Program-made: the position numbers and the translations under genes
Shown here: positions 17,603-26,381 of the stretch, in pieces
Layout: each line of letters opens with the position of its first letter
How positions within the stretch are numbered: position 1 is the stretch's first letter
Notes under the pieces: model-generated
What the model was told of the DNA's origin: nothing
Databases searched by the model: none
Seen by the model: only the letters and a program-made list of their open reading frames with translations
Assembly: GCF_000015145.1 (NCBI RefSeq)
Contig: NC_008818.1
Coordinates: 120,001-152,000, forward strand
Origin: Hyperthermus butylicus DSM 5456
Lineage (GTDB): Archaea > Thermoproteota > Thermoprotei_A > Sulfolobales > Pyrodictiaceae
Direction: 5' to 3'
DNA: 32,000 bases

Positions 17603-19000
17603 CTATCTAGCTTTGAGCATTTCTTCCCTCTGGCGTCTAGCACGCTGTATTACAGCTTCTACCTCTTCGGGCAGCTTCTTTATGAGGCCTACGTCTACTA
17701 GTTTGAGTACCTTCTCTCTGCTCGTAGCGATTATCTGTTTGGCCTTCTCGTACTCCTCCTCGTATGTAGTCTTGAGCCTTGCTACTCCCTCCTCCACAGC
17801 CCTTACTGCGGTTGCGGCGGCTACGCGTGGATATACCTCCCACTCTTCCATCGATGGTATGATGTAGTCTTCTCGTAGCCCCTTCTCCTCGGCGAATCTT
17901 GCCAGCTCCTCGGCAGCAGCTATAGCCATGGTGTCGGTGATTGTCCTGGCGCGTACGTCCAGTACGCCACGGAATATTGAGGGGAATGCAAGGCTATTGT
18001 TTACCTGGTTGGGGAAGTCGCTGCGCCCAGTCGCTACGACCCTTGCACCAGCCTCCTTAGCCTCCCATGGCCATATCTCTGGCACAGGGTTAGCCTCGGC
18101 GAAGACTATGGGGTCCTTGTCCATTAGCTTTATCCACTCGGGCTTTATCACGCCTGGCCCTGGCTTGGAAGCCGCTACAACAGCTTCTGCACCTTCGAGG
18201 GCCTCCTTTATGCCGCCGCCTCGTAGCTGGTTCCAGCCGCCGTCGGTCTCGACTGCTATCTGGTACTTCCACGGGTTCTTCTCCTTCAGCTTCTCGATGT
18301 CCTCTCTCTGGCTGTGCAGTACACCCTTAGAGTCTACCACGACCATATTCTTGGGATCTACGCCATAGGCCTTCAACAGTCTGTAAAGTGCAGTGTTGGC
18401 GGCACCGGCACCTATGAGTGCTATCCTCATCTTGCGCAGGTCTCTGCCAGTGAGCTTAGCGGCGTTTATGAGGCCTGCAAGGGTTACGGTTGCGGTACCC
18501 TGCTGGTCGTCATGCCATATGGGTATGTTTAGCCGTTTCCGAGCCTCGTCAAGGAGGTAGAAGCACTTGGGGCTCTCGATATCCTCGAGGTTTATGCCGC
18601 CAAAGCTCGGCTCTATTAACACGAGTAGCTCGAGGAACTTCTCCCGATCCCTCGCCCTGTGAACTAGGGGCACGGCATCAACGCCGCCCAGGGCTTTGAA
18701 GAGAAGGGCCTTACCCTCCATTACCGGGAGGGCGCCTTCGGGCCCAATAGCGCCTAGGCCTAGAACCCTAGTACCGTCGCTTACAACGGCGACGGTGTTC
18801 CAACGCCAGGTATTGTGGAATGTTGCGTCTGGATCCTCGGCGTCCTCCTTGGCGGGGCCTGCTACGCCAGGGGTGTACCAGATAGCGAAGTCGTCTTGGC
18901 GAAATGCAGGAACCTTAGGTATAACCTCTATCTTGCCCTCGTAGAGCCGGTGTAGTTTCTTGGAGATACTATACCAGTCTATCCTCTCTTTTTCGGACAT
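17603..19000 (-). CDS. Malic enzyme (malate dehydrogenase, oxaloacetate-decarboxylating)
   Basis: [106 protein letters not shown]. Confidence 0.93.
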   Translation of the reverse strand: MSEKERIDWYSISKKLHRLYEGKIEVIPKVPAFRQDDFAIWYTPGVAGPAKEDAEDPDATFHNTWRWNTVAVVSDGTRVLGLGAIGPEGALPVMEGKALLFKALGGVDAVPLVHRARDREKFLELLVLIEPSFGGINLEDIESPKCFYLLDEARKRLNIPIWHDDQQGTATVTLAGLINAAKLTGRDLRKMRIALIGAGAANTALYRLLKAYGVDPKNMVVVDSKGVLHSQREDIEKLKEKNPWKYQIAVETDGGWNQLRGGGIKEALEGAEAVVAASKPGPGVIKPEWIKLMDKDPIVFAEANPVPEIWPWEAKEAGARVVATGRSDFPNQVNNSLAFPSIFRGVLDVRARTITDTMAIAAAEELARFAEEKGLREDYIIPSMEEWEVYPRVAAATAVRAVEEGVARLKTTYEEEYEKAKQIIATSREKVLKLVDVGLIKKLPEEVEAVIQRARRQREEMLKAR

Positions 19001-19282
19001 GATATTTTGGACACCTCTAGCTGGCCGTGTTTGGTAACGATTTGTAAATGTTAAAACATGTTGTGGTTTAGAATGATTGAAAATGTTCAGTGACAGGTTT
19101 GTTCGGGGGTTAAATATGAGAACAATGCCCCCTAAGACTAGATAGAATGGTGATATATCATGATTTTAATATTAATAACTATATTTGTTTGTGGAATGTA
19201 TTCATCAATACACTTAATGTGTCCGCTCCTTGCAGACTCACTGAGTGGAGGCTACAGGGGCTTAACGGGAGGCGCGTAACAC

Positions 19283-21040
19283 ATGGTGGATATGTTCTAC
19301 TATGACGTAGTGATAGTTGGCTCTGGATTAGCGGGTCTGCGCGCTGCACTAGAGATCAAGCGCACCTACGGCGACAAGATTAGCGTTGCGCTGATAAGCA
19401 AGGTTCAGCTCATGAGGAGCCACAGTGTCGCAGCCCAGGGTGGTACAGCGGCAGTACTCTACCCGGAGGAGGGAGACAGCTTTGCCCTACACGCCTGGGA
19501 TACGATTAAGGGTAGTGACTTCCTTGCCGACCAGGATGCGGTCTGGCTGTTTGTAAAGCTAATGCCCGAGGAAATAAGACTGCTTGAGCGCTGGGGGCTC
19601 CCCTGGAGCAGAAGGCCCGACGGTAGAATAGCACAGAGGCCCTTCGGAGGGCACAGCTTTCCCCGAGCCACATATGCAGCTGACAAGACTGGCTTCTACG
19701 AGATGCAGACCCTCTATAGCAGGCTAGTTGGCTATGACAACTGGGATCGCTATGACGAGGTCTTTGTTACAAGCATTATAATCGAGGATGGAGTATTCAA
19801 GGGTGTTACAGCCATTGATATGAGGAGTGGCGAGTTTCTAGTCTTCCGGGCTAGGGCAGGCATAATTGCTACGGGTGGTGCTGGCAGAATATACAAGTTC
19901 ACCACTTACGCCCACACGGTAACAGGCGACGGCCAAGCAATGGCGCTACGTGCTGGTATACCACTCAAAGACATGGAGTTCATCCAGTTCCATCCCACGG
20001 GCCTAGTCCCCTCGGGTATACTAATCACGGAGGGTGCACGCGGCGAGGGAGGCTATCTCATAAACAAGAACGGCGAAAGGTTCATGAAGCGTTATGCTCC
20101 TCAGAGGATGGAGCTAGCACCACGTGATGTCGTGTCGAGAGCAATTATGACTGAGATACGTGAGGGTAGAGGGTTCCGCGATCCGGTAAGCGGGCTCGAG
20201 TACGTGCTGCTTGACCTGCGCCATCTCGGCGAGGAGAAGATAAATGAAAGGCTCCCCGGTATACGCGAGATAGCAATCAAGCATGCAGGCATAGACCCTG
20301 TCACGGAGCCCATACCGGTGAGACCTGCAGCCCACTACTCGATGGGCGGCATTCACACCGACAAGTACTATCGCGTCTTAACCGTGGATGGTAAGTGGGT
20401 TAAGGGTCTCTGGGCTGCGGGTGAGGTTGCATCAGCAAGTATTCATGGCGCTAACAGATTGGGTGCCAACAGCACAGCAGAGTGTCTCACAAGCGGTCGT
20501 ATAGCTGGCAGGCAAGCAGCTCAGTATGTGATCAAGACCAAGGAGATGGGTATGCCCGACCCGAAGCCCAGCGAGTCCAGCATAGCCAAGGAGGAGAAGA
20601 GGATATTCGATATGCTATTGAAGCATGAATCCGGCTCTGCAACAGTATACGAAATTAGGGCGAAGCTCCGCGAGACAATGGACAAGTATGTCTACGTATT
20701 CCGCGATGAAGAGGGGTTAAAGAAGGCACTGAAGATAATACTAGAGCTACGCGAGGCCATGAAAAAGGTGTATCCGAGCGATAAGAGCAGGATATACAAC
20801 ACAGACATGATAACAGTTCTCGAGACCCAAAACATGCTCGATGTAGCCTACTCAGTAGCCTATGGAGCTCTACTACGTACAGAGAGTCGCGGAGCCCACT
20901 ACAGAATAGACTATCCGAAGAGAGACGATGAGAACTGGCTAAAACACACCCTAACATACCTAACAGCAGACGACAAAATAGAAGTAACCTACACACCGGT
21001 AACAATCACAACGTGGAAGCCGATAGAGCGCAAGTACTAG
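19283..21040 (+). CDS. sdhA: Succinate dehydrogenase/fumarate reductase flavoprotein subunit
   Basis: [133 protein letters not shown]. Confidence 0.96.
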   Translation: MVDMFYYDVVIVGSGLAGLRAALEIKRTYGDKISVALISKVQLMRSHSVAAQGGTAAVLYPEEGDSFALHAWDTIKGSDFLADQDAVWLFVKLMPEEIRLLERWGLPWSRRPDGRIAQRPFGGHSFPRATYAADKTGFYEMQTLYSRLVGYDNWDRYDEVFVTSIIIEDGVFKGVTAIDMRSGEFLVFRARAGIIATGGAGRIYKFTTYAHTVTGDGQAMALRAGIPLKDMEFIQFHPTGLVPSGILITEGARGEGGYLINKNGERFMKRYAPQRMELAPRDVVSRAIMTEIREGRGFRDPVSGLEYVLLDLRHLGEEKINERLPGIREIAIKHAGIDPVTEPIPVRPAAHYSMGGIHTDKYYRVLTVDGKWVKGLWAAGEVASASIHGANRLGANSTAECLTSGRIAGRQAAQYVIKTKEMGMPDPKPSESSIAKEEKRIFDMLLKHESGSATVYEIRAKLRETMDKYVYVFRDEEGLKKALKIILELREAMKKVYPSDKSRIYNTDMITVLETQNMLDVAYSVAYGALLRTESRGAHYRIDYPKRDDENWLKHTLTYLTADDKIEVTYTPVTITTWKPIERKY

Positions 21041-21093
21041 TACACCCCTATCTTGTTTCCCGTGCTTAGCGTGTCAATCTCAGATCATGGGGG

Positions 21094-21582
21094 ATGTATG
21101 GCTTGGCCGGGGAGAAGAGGAAACGTGTACTCCTCGAGAACATGCCCGGGTTCCTAGCTGCAAGCCTAAACCCATGGCTCATCAAGGCGAAGAATAACCC
21201 GGAAAGGCTAGCATTCATTCTACACCGCGTAACCGGCTTCATAATCGTAGTATACCTGCTAGCCCACGTCATCGTTACAAGCTACTCAACAAACCCTACA
21301 CAATGGGAGGATATAATGTCAACGTTTGCTAACAGCCTATTCAACAAGATTGGCGAGTGGATTGTGGCAGGTGCAGTCATCTACCATGGGCTTAATGGTA
21401 TAAGACTACTACTTGTAGAATTCTTCGGTACAGGTATCGGGAAGCCAGAGCTGCCAAAGCCTCCATACATACCGCCAAGCCTCAAGGGAGGCCAGAGAAC
21501 CGGGCTTTACATAGTGTTCGCCTTGAGCATCATAGGCTGGATGCTTGCGGGCATATTGATTTTCACGGGTCGACTATTCTAG
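21094..21582 (+). CDS. sdhC: Succinate dehydrogenase cytochrome b membrane anchor subunit
   Basis: RLAFILHRVTGFIIVVYLLAHVIVTS and YHGLNGIRLLL; three hydrophobic helices; between sdhA and sdhB. Confidence 0.85.
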   Translation: MYGLAGEKRKRVLLENMPGFLAASLNPWLIKAKNNPERLAFILHRVTGFIIVVYLLAHVIVTSYSTNPTQWEDIMSTFANSLFNKIGEWIVAGAVIYHGLNGIRLLLVEFFGTGIGKPELPKPPYIPPSLKGGQRTGLYIVFALSIIGWMLAGILIFTGRLF

Positions 21583-21612
21583 GCCGAATAGACGTGAAGG
21601 AGGTGACCTAGG

Positions 21613-21969
21613 GTGGCACGTGCATCCACGCTACAGATATGGCAATACATTACAGCGATGATACTCGTATTAGTGCTAACATTCCACCTCGTAGAGCGGA
21701 TTCCAGGCATAAGCCCGCTAGCAGCAGAAAGCTACGAAGGCAGTCTTGAGGTTGAGAAGGTGCAAAATGCCTACAGCGAGTACTGGTGGATATTGGCAAT
21801 ACTCCTTGTTGCAGCATTATTCCACGGCCTCAACGGGCTTCGTGGCATGTTGCTAGAGATGAGGCAGGGTAGGGCCTGGACGATATTCGTAAACGTATTG
21901 TTCTGGATTCTCTTCATAGGCTTCACCATATACGGGCTCAACACGATAATAACTCATCTCCAGGGCTAG
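21613..21969 (+). CDS. sdhD: Succinate dehydrogenase hydrophobic membrane anchor subunit
   Basis: Three hydrophobic helices, FHLVERI and FHGLNGLRGMLLEM heme-ligand-like histidine motif; operon position. Confidence 0.78.
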   Translation: MARASTLQIWQYITAMILVLVLTFHLVERIPGISPLAAESYEGSLEVEKVQNAYSEYWWILAILLVAALFHGLNGLRGMLLEMRQGRAWTIFVNVLFWILFIGFTIYGLNTIITHLQG

Positions 21970-22015
21970 CCCGTGAAGGCCATGCGGCAGGCTATAATGT
22001 GGGGGTGAACGATGT

Positions 22016-22939
22016 ATGGCCGAGAGGCTCGGCTCGATACCCGAGCCACCGAAGGAGGTAATCTTTCGGATTAAACGCTACGATCCCGAGACAGGGAGAA
22101 GCTGGTGGCAAGAGTACAGGGTGCAGACATACCGAGGCATGACGGTGCTTGACGCCCTGATATGGATTAAGGAGCGTCTGGACCCGACGCTGTCGATGAG
22201 GTATAGCTGCCGCCAGGGCGTCTGTGGGAGCTGTGGAATGCTGATAAATGGTACCCCGAGGCTCGCTTGTCAGACACAAGTGGGGGCAATAGCCACCAAT
22301 GAGAAGCCAGTGGTTACCGTGGAGCCGTTGCCAAACTTTCCGGTGGTACGTGACCTCGTAACAGACTTTACAAGGTTCTTCGAGAAGCATAGAGCCATAA
22401 TGCCCTACATCATAAGGCGGAACCCCAGGGAGGTTGACGAAGCCAAATACGAGTTTCTGATGAGCCCCGAGGAGCACATGGAAATATACCAGTACAGCCT
22501 ATGTATAATGTGTGGCCTATGCTATGCAGCCTGCCCAGTAGCAGCCTCCGACCCCGAGTACCTTGGGCCGCAAGCGCTAACCCAGGCCTATAGGTTCATA
22601 GTAGATGTCCGCGATGAAGGTGCAGAGAAGAGGATAGCAGTAGTAGATACAGAGCACGGCTGCCACCGCTGCCACTTTGCGGCCTCATGCAGCGCGGTCT
22701 GCCCCAAGGACGTGGATCCAGCGGCGGCGATACAGAGGCTGAGGAGAATAGTCTTCCTAGACAAGCTAGGCCTCTGGAGGAAGAGGAAGACATCAAAGGT
22801 TGCGGGTCCATTGGAGAAGCCGCTAAGACAAGTAAAGGCTGAGTACCCCAAGCACAACCTGCTAGAAGGCGTAGACCCCGAGCAACAGGCGAGGGAGCCG
22901 GTAAACATAGACCTCCACGAGGAGTGGCTCAGAGAGTGA
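22016..22939 (+). CDS. sdhB: Succinate dehydrogenase/fumarate reductase iron-sulfur subunit
   Basis: YSCRQGVCGSCGMLINGTPRLACQT (2Fe-2S), SLCIMCGLCYAACPV and CHRCHFAASCSAVCPKDVDPAAAI cluster motifs. Confidence 0.95.
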   Translation: MAERLGSIPEPPKEVIFRIKRYDPETGRSWWQEYRVQTYRGMTVLDALIWIKERLDPTLSMRYSCRQGVCGSCGMLINGTPRLACQTQVGAIATNEKPVVTVEPLPNFPVVRDLVTDFTRFFEKHRAIMPYIIRRNPREVDEAKYEFLMSPEEHMEIYQYSLCIMCGLCYAACPVAASDPEYLGPQALTQAYRFIVDVRDEGAEKRIAVVDTEHGCHRCHFAASCSAVCPKDVDPAAAIQRLRRIVFLDKLGLWRKRKTSKVAGPLEKPLRQVKAEYPKHNLLEGVDPEQQAREPVNIDLHEEWLRE

Positions 22940-23021
22940 GTGGCACATCAAAAAAGGGTTGTGTTGGCAAGCCTAATCCTGCTTTTTCACACCCCTCTTT
23001 TAGTCTGGAAGACATCGCCGC

Positions 23022-23672
23022 TTATATCCTGCTAAGTATTTCCTCCATCCTCTTCCTAGCGTTCTCCATTACCTCGTCGTAGAGATTCTTGCCGGTTGCA
23101 TCAATGACTACTGTTAGGGGGCCGAAGTCTTCGACTTCGAAGAGCCATACTGCCTCTGGGATGCCTAGCTCCTCCAGCCAGTAGACATCAACTACCCGCT
23201 TAATTGCCTGGGCCGCTAGTACAGCAGCACCACCTGTAAAGACAGCGTAGACGGCGCCGTACCTTCTGCACGCCTCAGCGGTCCTGGGCCCCATGCCTCC
23301 CTTGCCTATAACCATTCTAACCCCAGTCTTTGCTATGAATTCGTGCTCTACGGGCTCCATCCTGGTGCTTGTTGTTGGCCCGGCAGCTACTACCTCCCAC
23401 TCGCCATTCCTCTTCCTAACAACGGGGCCTACATGGTATACTGCTAGACCCCTCGGCTCGAACGGTAGCTTCTCGTTGCGGTTGAGAAGCTCGAGAATCT
23501 TCCGGTGCGCAGCGTCCCTAGCGGTGAATATTAGGCCAGAGAGGTATACGATGTCCCCTACGCGTAGCTTGCGTACATCCTCCTCGGAGAGGGGAGTCCG
23601 GAGCCTATACACGTTGGTCATGGGGTTCACCCCTTTGCATGGATCTAGATGTGTTTTGATGTTATCTCCCAC
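23022..23672 (-). CDS. fumB: Class I fumarate hydratase beta subunit (C-terminal domain); actual start may be MTNVYRL near 23621
   Basis: LRVGDIVYLSGLIFTARDAAHRKILELL, YHVGPVVRKRNGEWEVVAAGPTTSTRMEPVEHEFIAKTGVRMVIGKGGMG. Confidence 0.92.
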   Translation of the reverse strand: MGDNIKTHLDPCKGVNPMTNVYRLRTPLSEEDVRKLRVGDIVYLSGLIFTARDAAHRKILELLNRNEKLPFEPRGLAVYHVGPVVRKRNGEWEVVAAGPTTSTRMEPVEHEFIAKTGVRMVIGKGGMGPRTAEACRRYGAVYAVFTGGAAVLAAQAIKRVVDVYWLEELGIPEAVWLFEVEDFGPLTVVIDATGKNLYDEVMENARKRMEEILSRI

Positions 23673-24529
23673 CTGCCATCGGGTGTTATGTAGCCTGTTG
23701 CCCTCCTTATGGCCCAGCAGTTGAACACGACGCCTACAGCATAGGTTGCTGGGTGTCGGTGCGCATAGTCTATGTGTACATCTAGCGCAGTGATCTTGCC
23801 GCCGAAGCCGTGTACGCCTATACCCAGACTGTTGATTGCATCGAGGAGCTTCTCCTCTAGCTCAGCTATTTCCGGCTCGGGATGCCTCTCGCCGAGAGGG
23901 CGTAGGAGGGCTGCCTTCCTGGCAATTGCCAGTGCTTGTTCGCCCAGCGCTGCGATGCCAACGCCGACGACTACGGGTGGGCATGGTTTAGGGCCGGCAG
24001 AGACAACGGCCTTTAGTACTGTCTCCCAGACGTTGCGGATCCCCCTTATCGGCAGTGCCATGTTAAGCGTTGAGGGCGCCTCGCTGCCACCGCCCTTAGC
24101 TACAAACGTGACTTCTAGCCGGTCACCCGGCACAATCTCTACGTCGAACCACGGTATGTGCCTGCCAGTATTATCGCCCGTGTTTCCACCGCGTATAGGG
24201 TTGACAGCATTGGGTCTCAATGGTATGAGCCTTGTCGCCTCTCTCACAGCTTCAGTAGCTACCTCGTATATCTTCGCCCGGAGGGGGAACTCCTCACCAA
24301 GCCTTATGTAGAACACCGGCGTACCGGTATCCTGGCATATAGGCTTACCAAGCTTTGCTGCTAGCTCGGAGTTCCTCAGAATGGCCTCCAGGTGCTGCTT
24401 CGCTATAGGGTTATCCTCAACCTCCAATGCTTTCTTAAGCGCGTTGTAGACGTCGAGCGGCAGCCGGGTCTCGGCAACCCTTATCAACTCGACGAGGAAC
24501 TCGCGTAGCCGGGCCTCAAGCTCAGGCAA
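23645..24529 (-). CDS. fumA: Class I fumarate hydratase alpha subunit
   Basis: KPICQDTGTPVFYIRLG, LRPNAVNPIRGGNTGDNTGRHIPWFDVEIV, VTFVAKGGGSEAPSTLNMALP, GVHGFGGKITALDVHI. Confidence 0.93.
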   Translation of the reverse strand: MPELEARLREFLVELIRVAETRLPLDVYNALKKALEVEDNPIAKQHLEAILRNSELAAKLGKPICQDTGTPVFYIRLGEEFPLRAKIYEVATEAVREATRLIPLRPNAVNPIRGGNTGDNTGRHIPWFDVEIVPGDRLEVTFVAKGGGSEAPSTLNMALPIRGIRNVWETVLKAVVSAGPKPCPPVVVGVGIAALGEQALAIARKAALLRPLGERHPEPEIAELEEKLLDAINSLGIGVHGFGGKITALDVHIDYAHRHPATYAVGVVFNCWAIRRATGYITPDGRWEITSKHI

Positions 24530-24675
24530 CTGTCATCAACCCGTTTTGTTTCTCTGCAGCCGTACTTTCAATACTATTTACGGTGTGTAAAATATGCTAG
24601 TCAGTGCTGGTCAGAACCCAGTCAAGGACACCACCAGTATAAGCCCCGTTCAAGCAAGATCGCGGAGCTGGGAGG

Positions 24676-24750
24676 CGGTGACGAGAAACCCCGGAGACCC
24701 GGCTTACGACCCGCCCTCGAGGCGGGGATGGGTGGAGCCCCGCATCACCG
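24676..24750. other. Structured element: closing helix cggtga/tcaccg around two competing GC hairpins; candidate ncRNA domain
   Basis: cggtga 24676-24681 pairs with tcaccg 24745-24750; inner cccgcc(24710-24715)-ctcga-ggcggg(24721-24726); alternative gcgggg(24722-24727)/ccccgc(24738-24743). No supporting ORF. Confidence 0.4.
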
Positions 24751-24968
24751 AGCCATCCTCTGTGATGTCTCCTAGGCTAAGCCCCTTGGAGCCACTGCGA
24801 CGCTAAGGGTATGACTATACTACTGTCCCTCGGAAGCTTTGAGGATGGGCCAGCCTAGCCAATTAACCTCAACGTGCAGCCAGCATCAACAGCAGCCCGC
24901 TAACAGTCGAGGTCTACGTGCTCTTGCAGCCTAGTCCATAGGCTATGTAGGCCAATCATTATAGCCCA

Positions 24969-25065
24969 GTTGGGCCTAGTACGTGTTGGGCCTATGAGGT
25001 AGTTTGGCTACCTCCTTAGCCCCCGCGTATTGGGGGCTGTGCTGACTTCCGGCCTTGCCGAGGCC
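24969..25065. other. Cluster of consecutive perfect hairpins and a direct repeat in the fumA-DUF62 intergenic region; candidate ncRNA
   Basis: Direct repeat gttgggccta at 24969-24978 and 24985-24994; hairpin gaggtag(24996-25002)/ctacctc(25008-25014); hairpin agccccc(25018-25024)/gggggct(25032-25038); hairpin ggcct(25051-25055)/aggcc(25061-25065). Confidence 0.45.
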
Positions 25066-25148
25066 CAAACAAGCAAAAATAGTGAAAGGAGCAAGGACAA
25101 AACAAGTTGGGACGAGAAGGCATCGGAAGAAAAAGCCTGGCCCCGCGT

Positions 25149-25192
25149 GTATCCCCTCCCGCTCACCTGCTGCTAGAGGAGGGAGGGGATAC
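25149..25192. repeat. Perfect 12-bp inverted repeat with 20-nt loop
   Basis: gtatcccctccc (25149-25160) and gggaggggatac (25181-25192). Confidence 0.9.
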
Positions 25193-25261
25193 TCACCATA
25201 GGGGTTTGGGATAGGCTGATTAGCCTCTCCATCGTCCTCCAGGGTTTGTAGGAGCTGGATT

Positions 25262-26101
25262 GTGGCTAGGGGGTGTCGGCTAGGTTTGGCTCCGCGGCCT
25301 ACTGGCGTGGTAGTTTACATGAGTGATTTCGGGTGGAGTGACCCTTATGCAGGCATTGTGCGCGGCGTTATCGACCTCGTCTCGGGTGGCCGTGTTAGGG
25401 TTATCGACTTGACGCATGATGTTCCCGCCTTTAGTATTGTTGCTGGCGCCTACATACTATACACTGGCTACAGGTTCTTTCGCCCCGGCACAGTCTTCCT
25501 GGTGGTCGTAGACCCGGGTGTTGGTACCGAGCGCCGAGCAATAGCCGTCGAGACTAGGAACTATTATTTCGTAGGCCCTGACAACGGCGTACTCTATCCA
25601 GCCATCGAGGAGGATGGTATTGTGAGAGTACACGAGATAAGTAACGAGGCAATATTCCTCAAACCAGTCTCAATGAGCTTCCATGGCCGCGACGTCTTCG
25701 GCCCAGCTGCAGCCCTCCTAGCCCTCGGCGTGCCTGTAAGTGCCCTCGGCGGCCCGGTTGAGCCCTCTACGCTACGTAGACTGAGCCTGAGAACACAATG
25801 CATAAATGAAGGCCGCGTTGAGGCCGAGGTAGTCTACATAGACCATTTCGGCAATGTAGCGCTAGGCCTCGAGAGGGATTGTGTGGAAAGGCTCTGCAGG
25901 CGGAGCGGCAGGGTGGTTGTGGAGACTGGTAGAGGAGTGTTTGAGGCTAAGTGTCTCCCAGTGTTTAGTCATGCAGAGCCGGGGGAGATGGTGTTCTACC
26001 TTAACAGTCTGGGGTTCCCAGAGCTGGCAGTAAACCTTGGAAATGCAGGGGAAAAGCTGGGTGTGAGGATAGGAGAGAGATTAGTTATCGCGCCTGGCTA
26101 G
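25262..26101 (+). CDS. SAM hydroxide adenosyltransferase family protein (DUF62)
   Basis: VVYMSDFGWSDPYAGIVRGVI, VRVIDLTHDVPAFSIVAGAYIL, PGTVFLVVVDPGVGTERRAIAVET, YFVGPDNGVLYPA, SFHGRDVFGPAAALLALG, VYIDHFGNVALGL. Confidence 0.93.
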   Translation: MARGCRLGLAPRPTGVVVYMSDFGWSDPYAGIVRGVIDLVSGGRVRVIDLTHDVPAFSIVAGAYILYTGYRFFRPGTVFLVVVDPGVGTERRAIAVETRNYYFVGPDNGVLYPAIEEDGIVRVHEISNEAIFLKPVSMSFHGRDVFGPAAALLALGVPVSALGGPVEPSTLRRLSLRTQCINEGRVEAEVVYIDHFGNVALGLERDCVERLCRRSGRVVVETGRGVFEAKCLPVFSHAEPGEMVFYLNSLGFPELAVNLGNAGEKLGVRIGERLVIAPG

Positions 26102-26380
26102 CAGGTATAGCCTCAAACCACTCCTCCCCAGGGGGCAGTCTCGCCTCTTGCCCGGGGTACAGATTCTAGCTAGTGGACAGTACTGGCATGGATTGCCGCC
26201 CCCACTTAGCTCGCGTAGATAGCCCTGGGCGAGCAGTACCGCTATGAGCATCTCAGCTGTGCCCTTATCGACTCCCAGCTCTTTCTCCAGCAGCTCTGGA
26301 GAGACAACCCTGTACCTTCTAACCACGCTGAGGGCTTTCTGGACTAGCTGCTTACCCATCAGACTCCTCCCCGCCAGCAA
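26081..26380 (-). CDS. FeoC-like winged-helix protein with putative Fe-S cysteine cluster
   Basis: VVSPELLEKELGVDKGTAEMLIAVLLAQGYLREL HTH-like sequence followed by CQYCPLARICTPGKRRDCPL; directly downstream of feoB. Confidence 0.72.
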   Translation of the reverse strand: MLAGRSLMGKQLVQKALSVVRRYRVVSPELLEKELGVDKGTAEMLIAVLLAQGYLRELSGGGNPCQYCPLARICTPGKRRDCPLGRSGLRLYLLARRDN

Positions 26381-26381
26381 G

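Noticed and set aside
24640-24720. Possible RNase P RNA 3' region (CCCGGCUUACG) on the + strand
   Set aside because: I could not find a matching conserved 5' P4 strand (GAGGAAAGUCC-like) upstream. Only about 170 nt separate this site from the fumA start codon, so a normal archaeal RNase P RNA would not fit. Kept only as a hint within the ncRNA finding.
24780-25090. Possible archaeal SRP (7S) RNA
   Set aside because: The diagnostic helix 8 sequence (GGAAGG-AGCAGC-like) was not seen on either strand.
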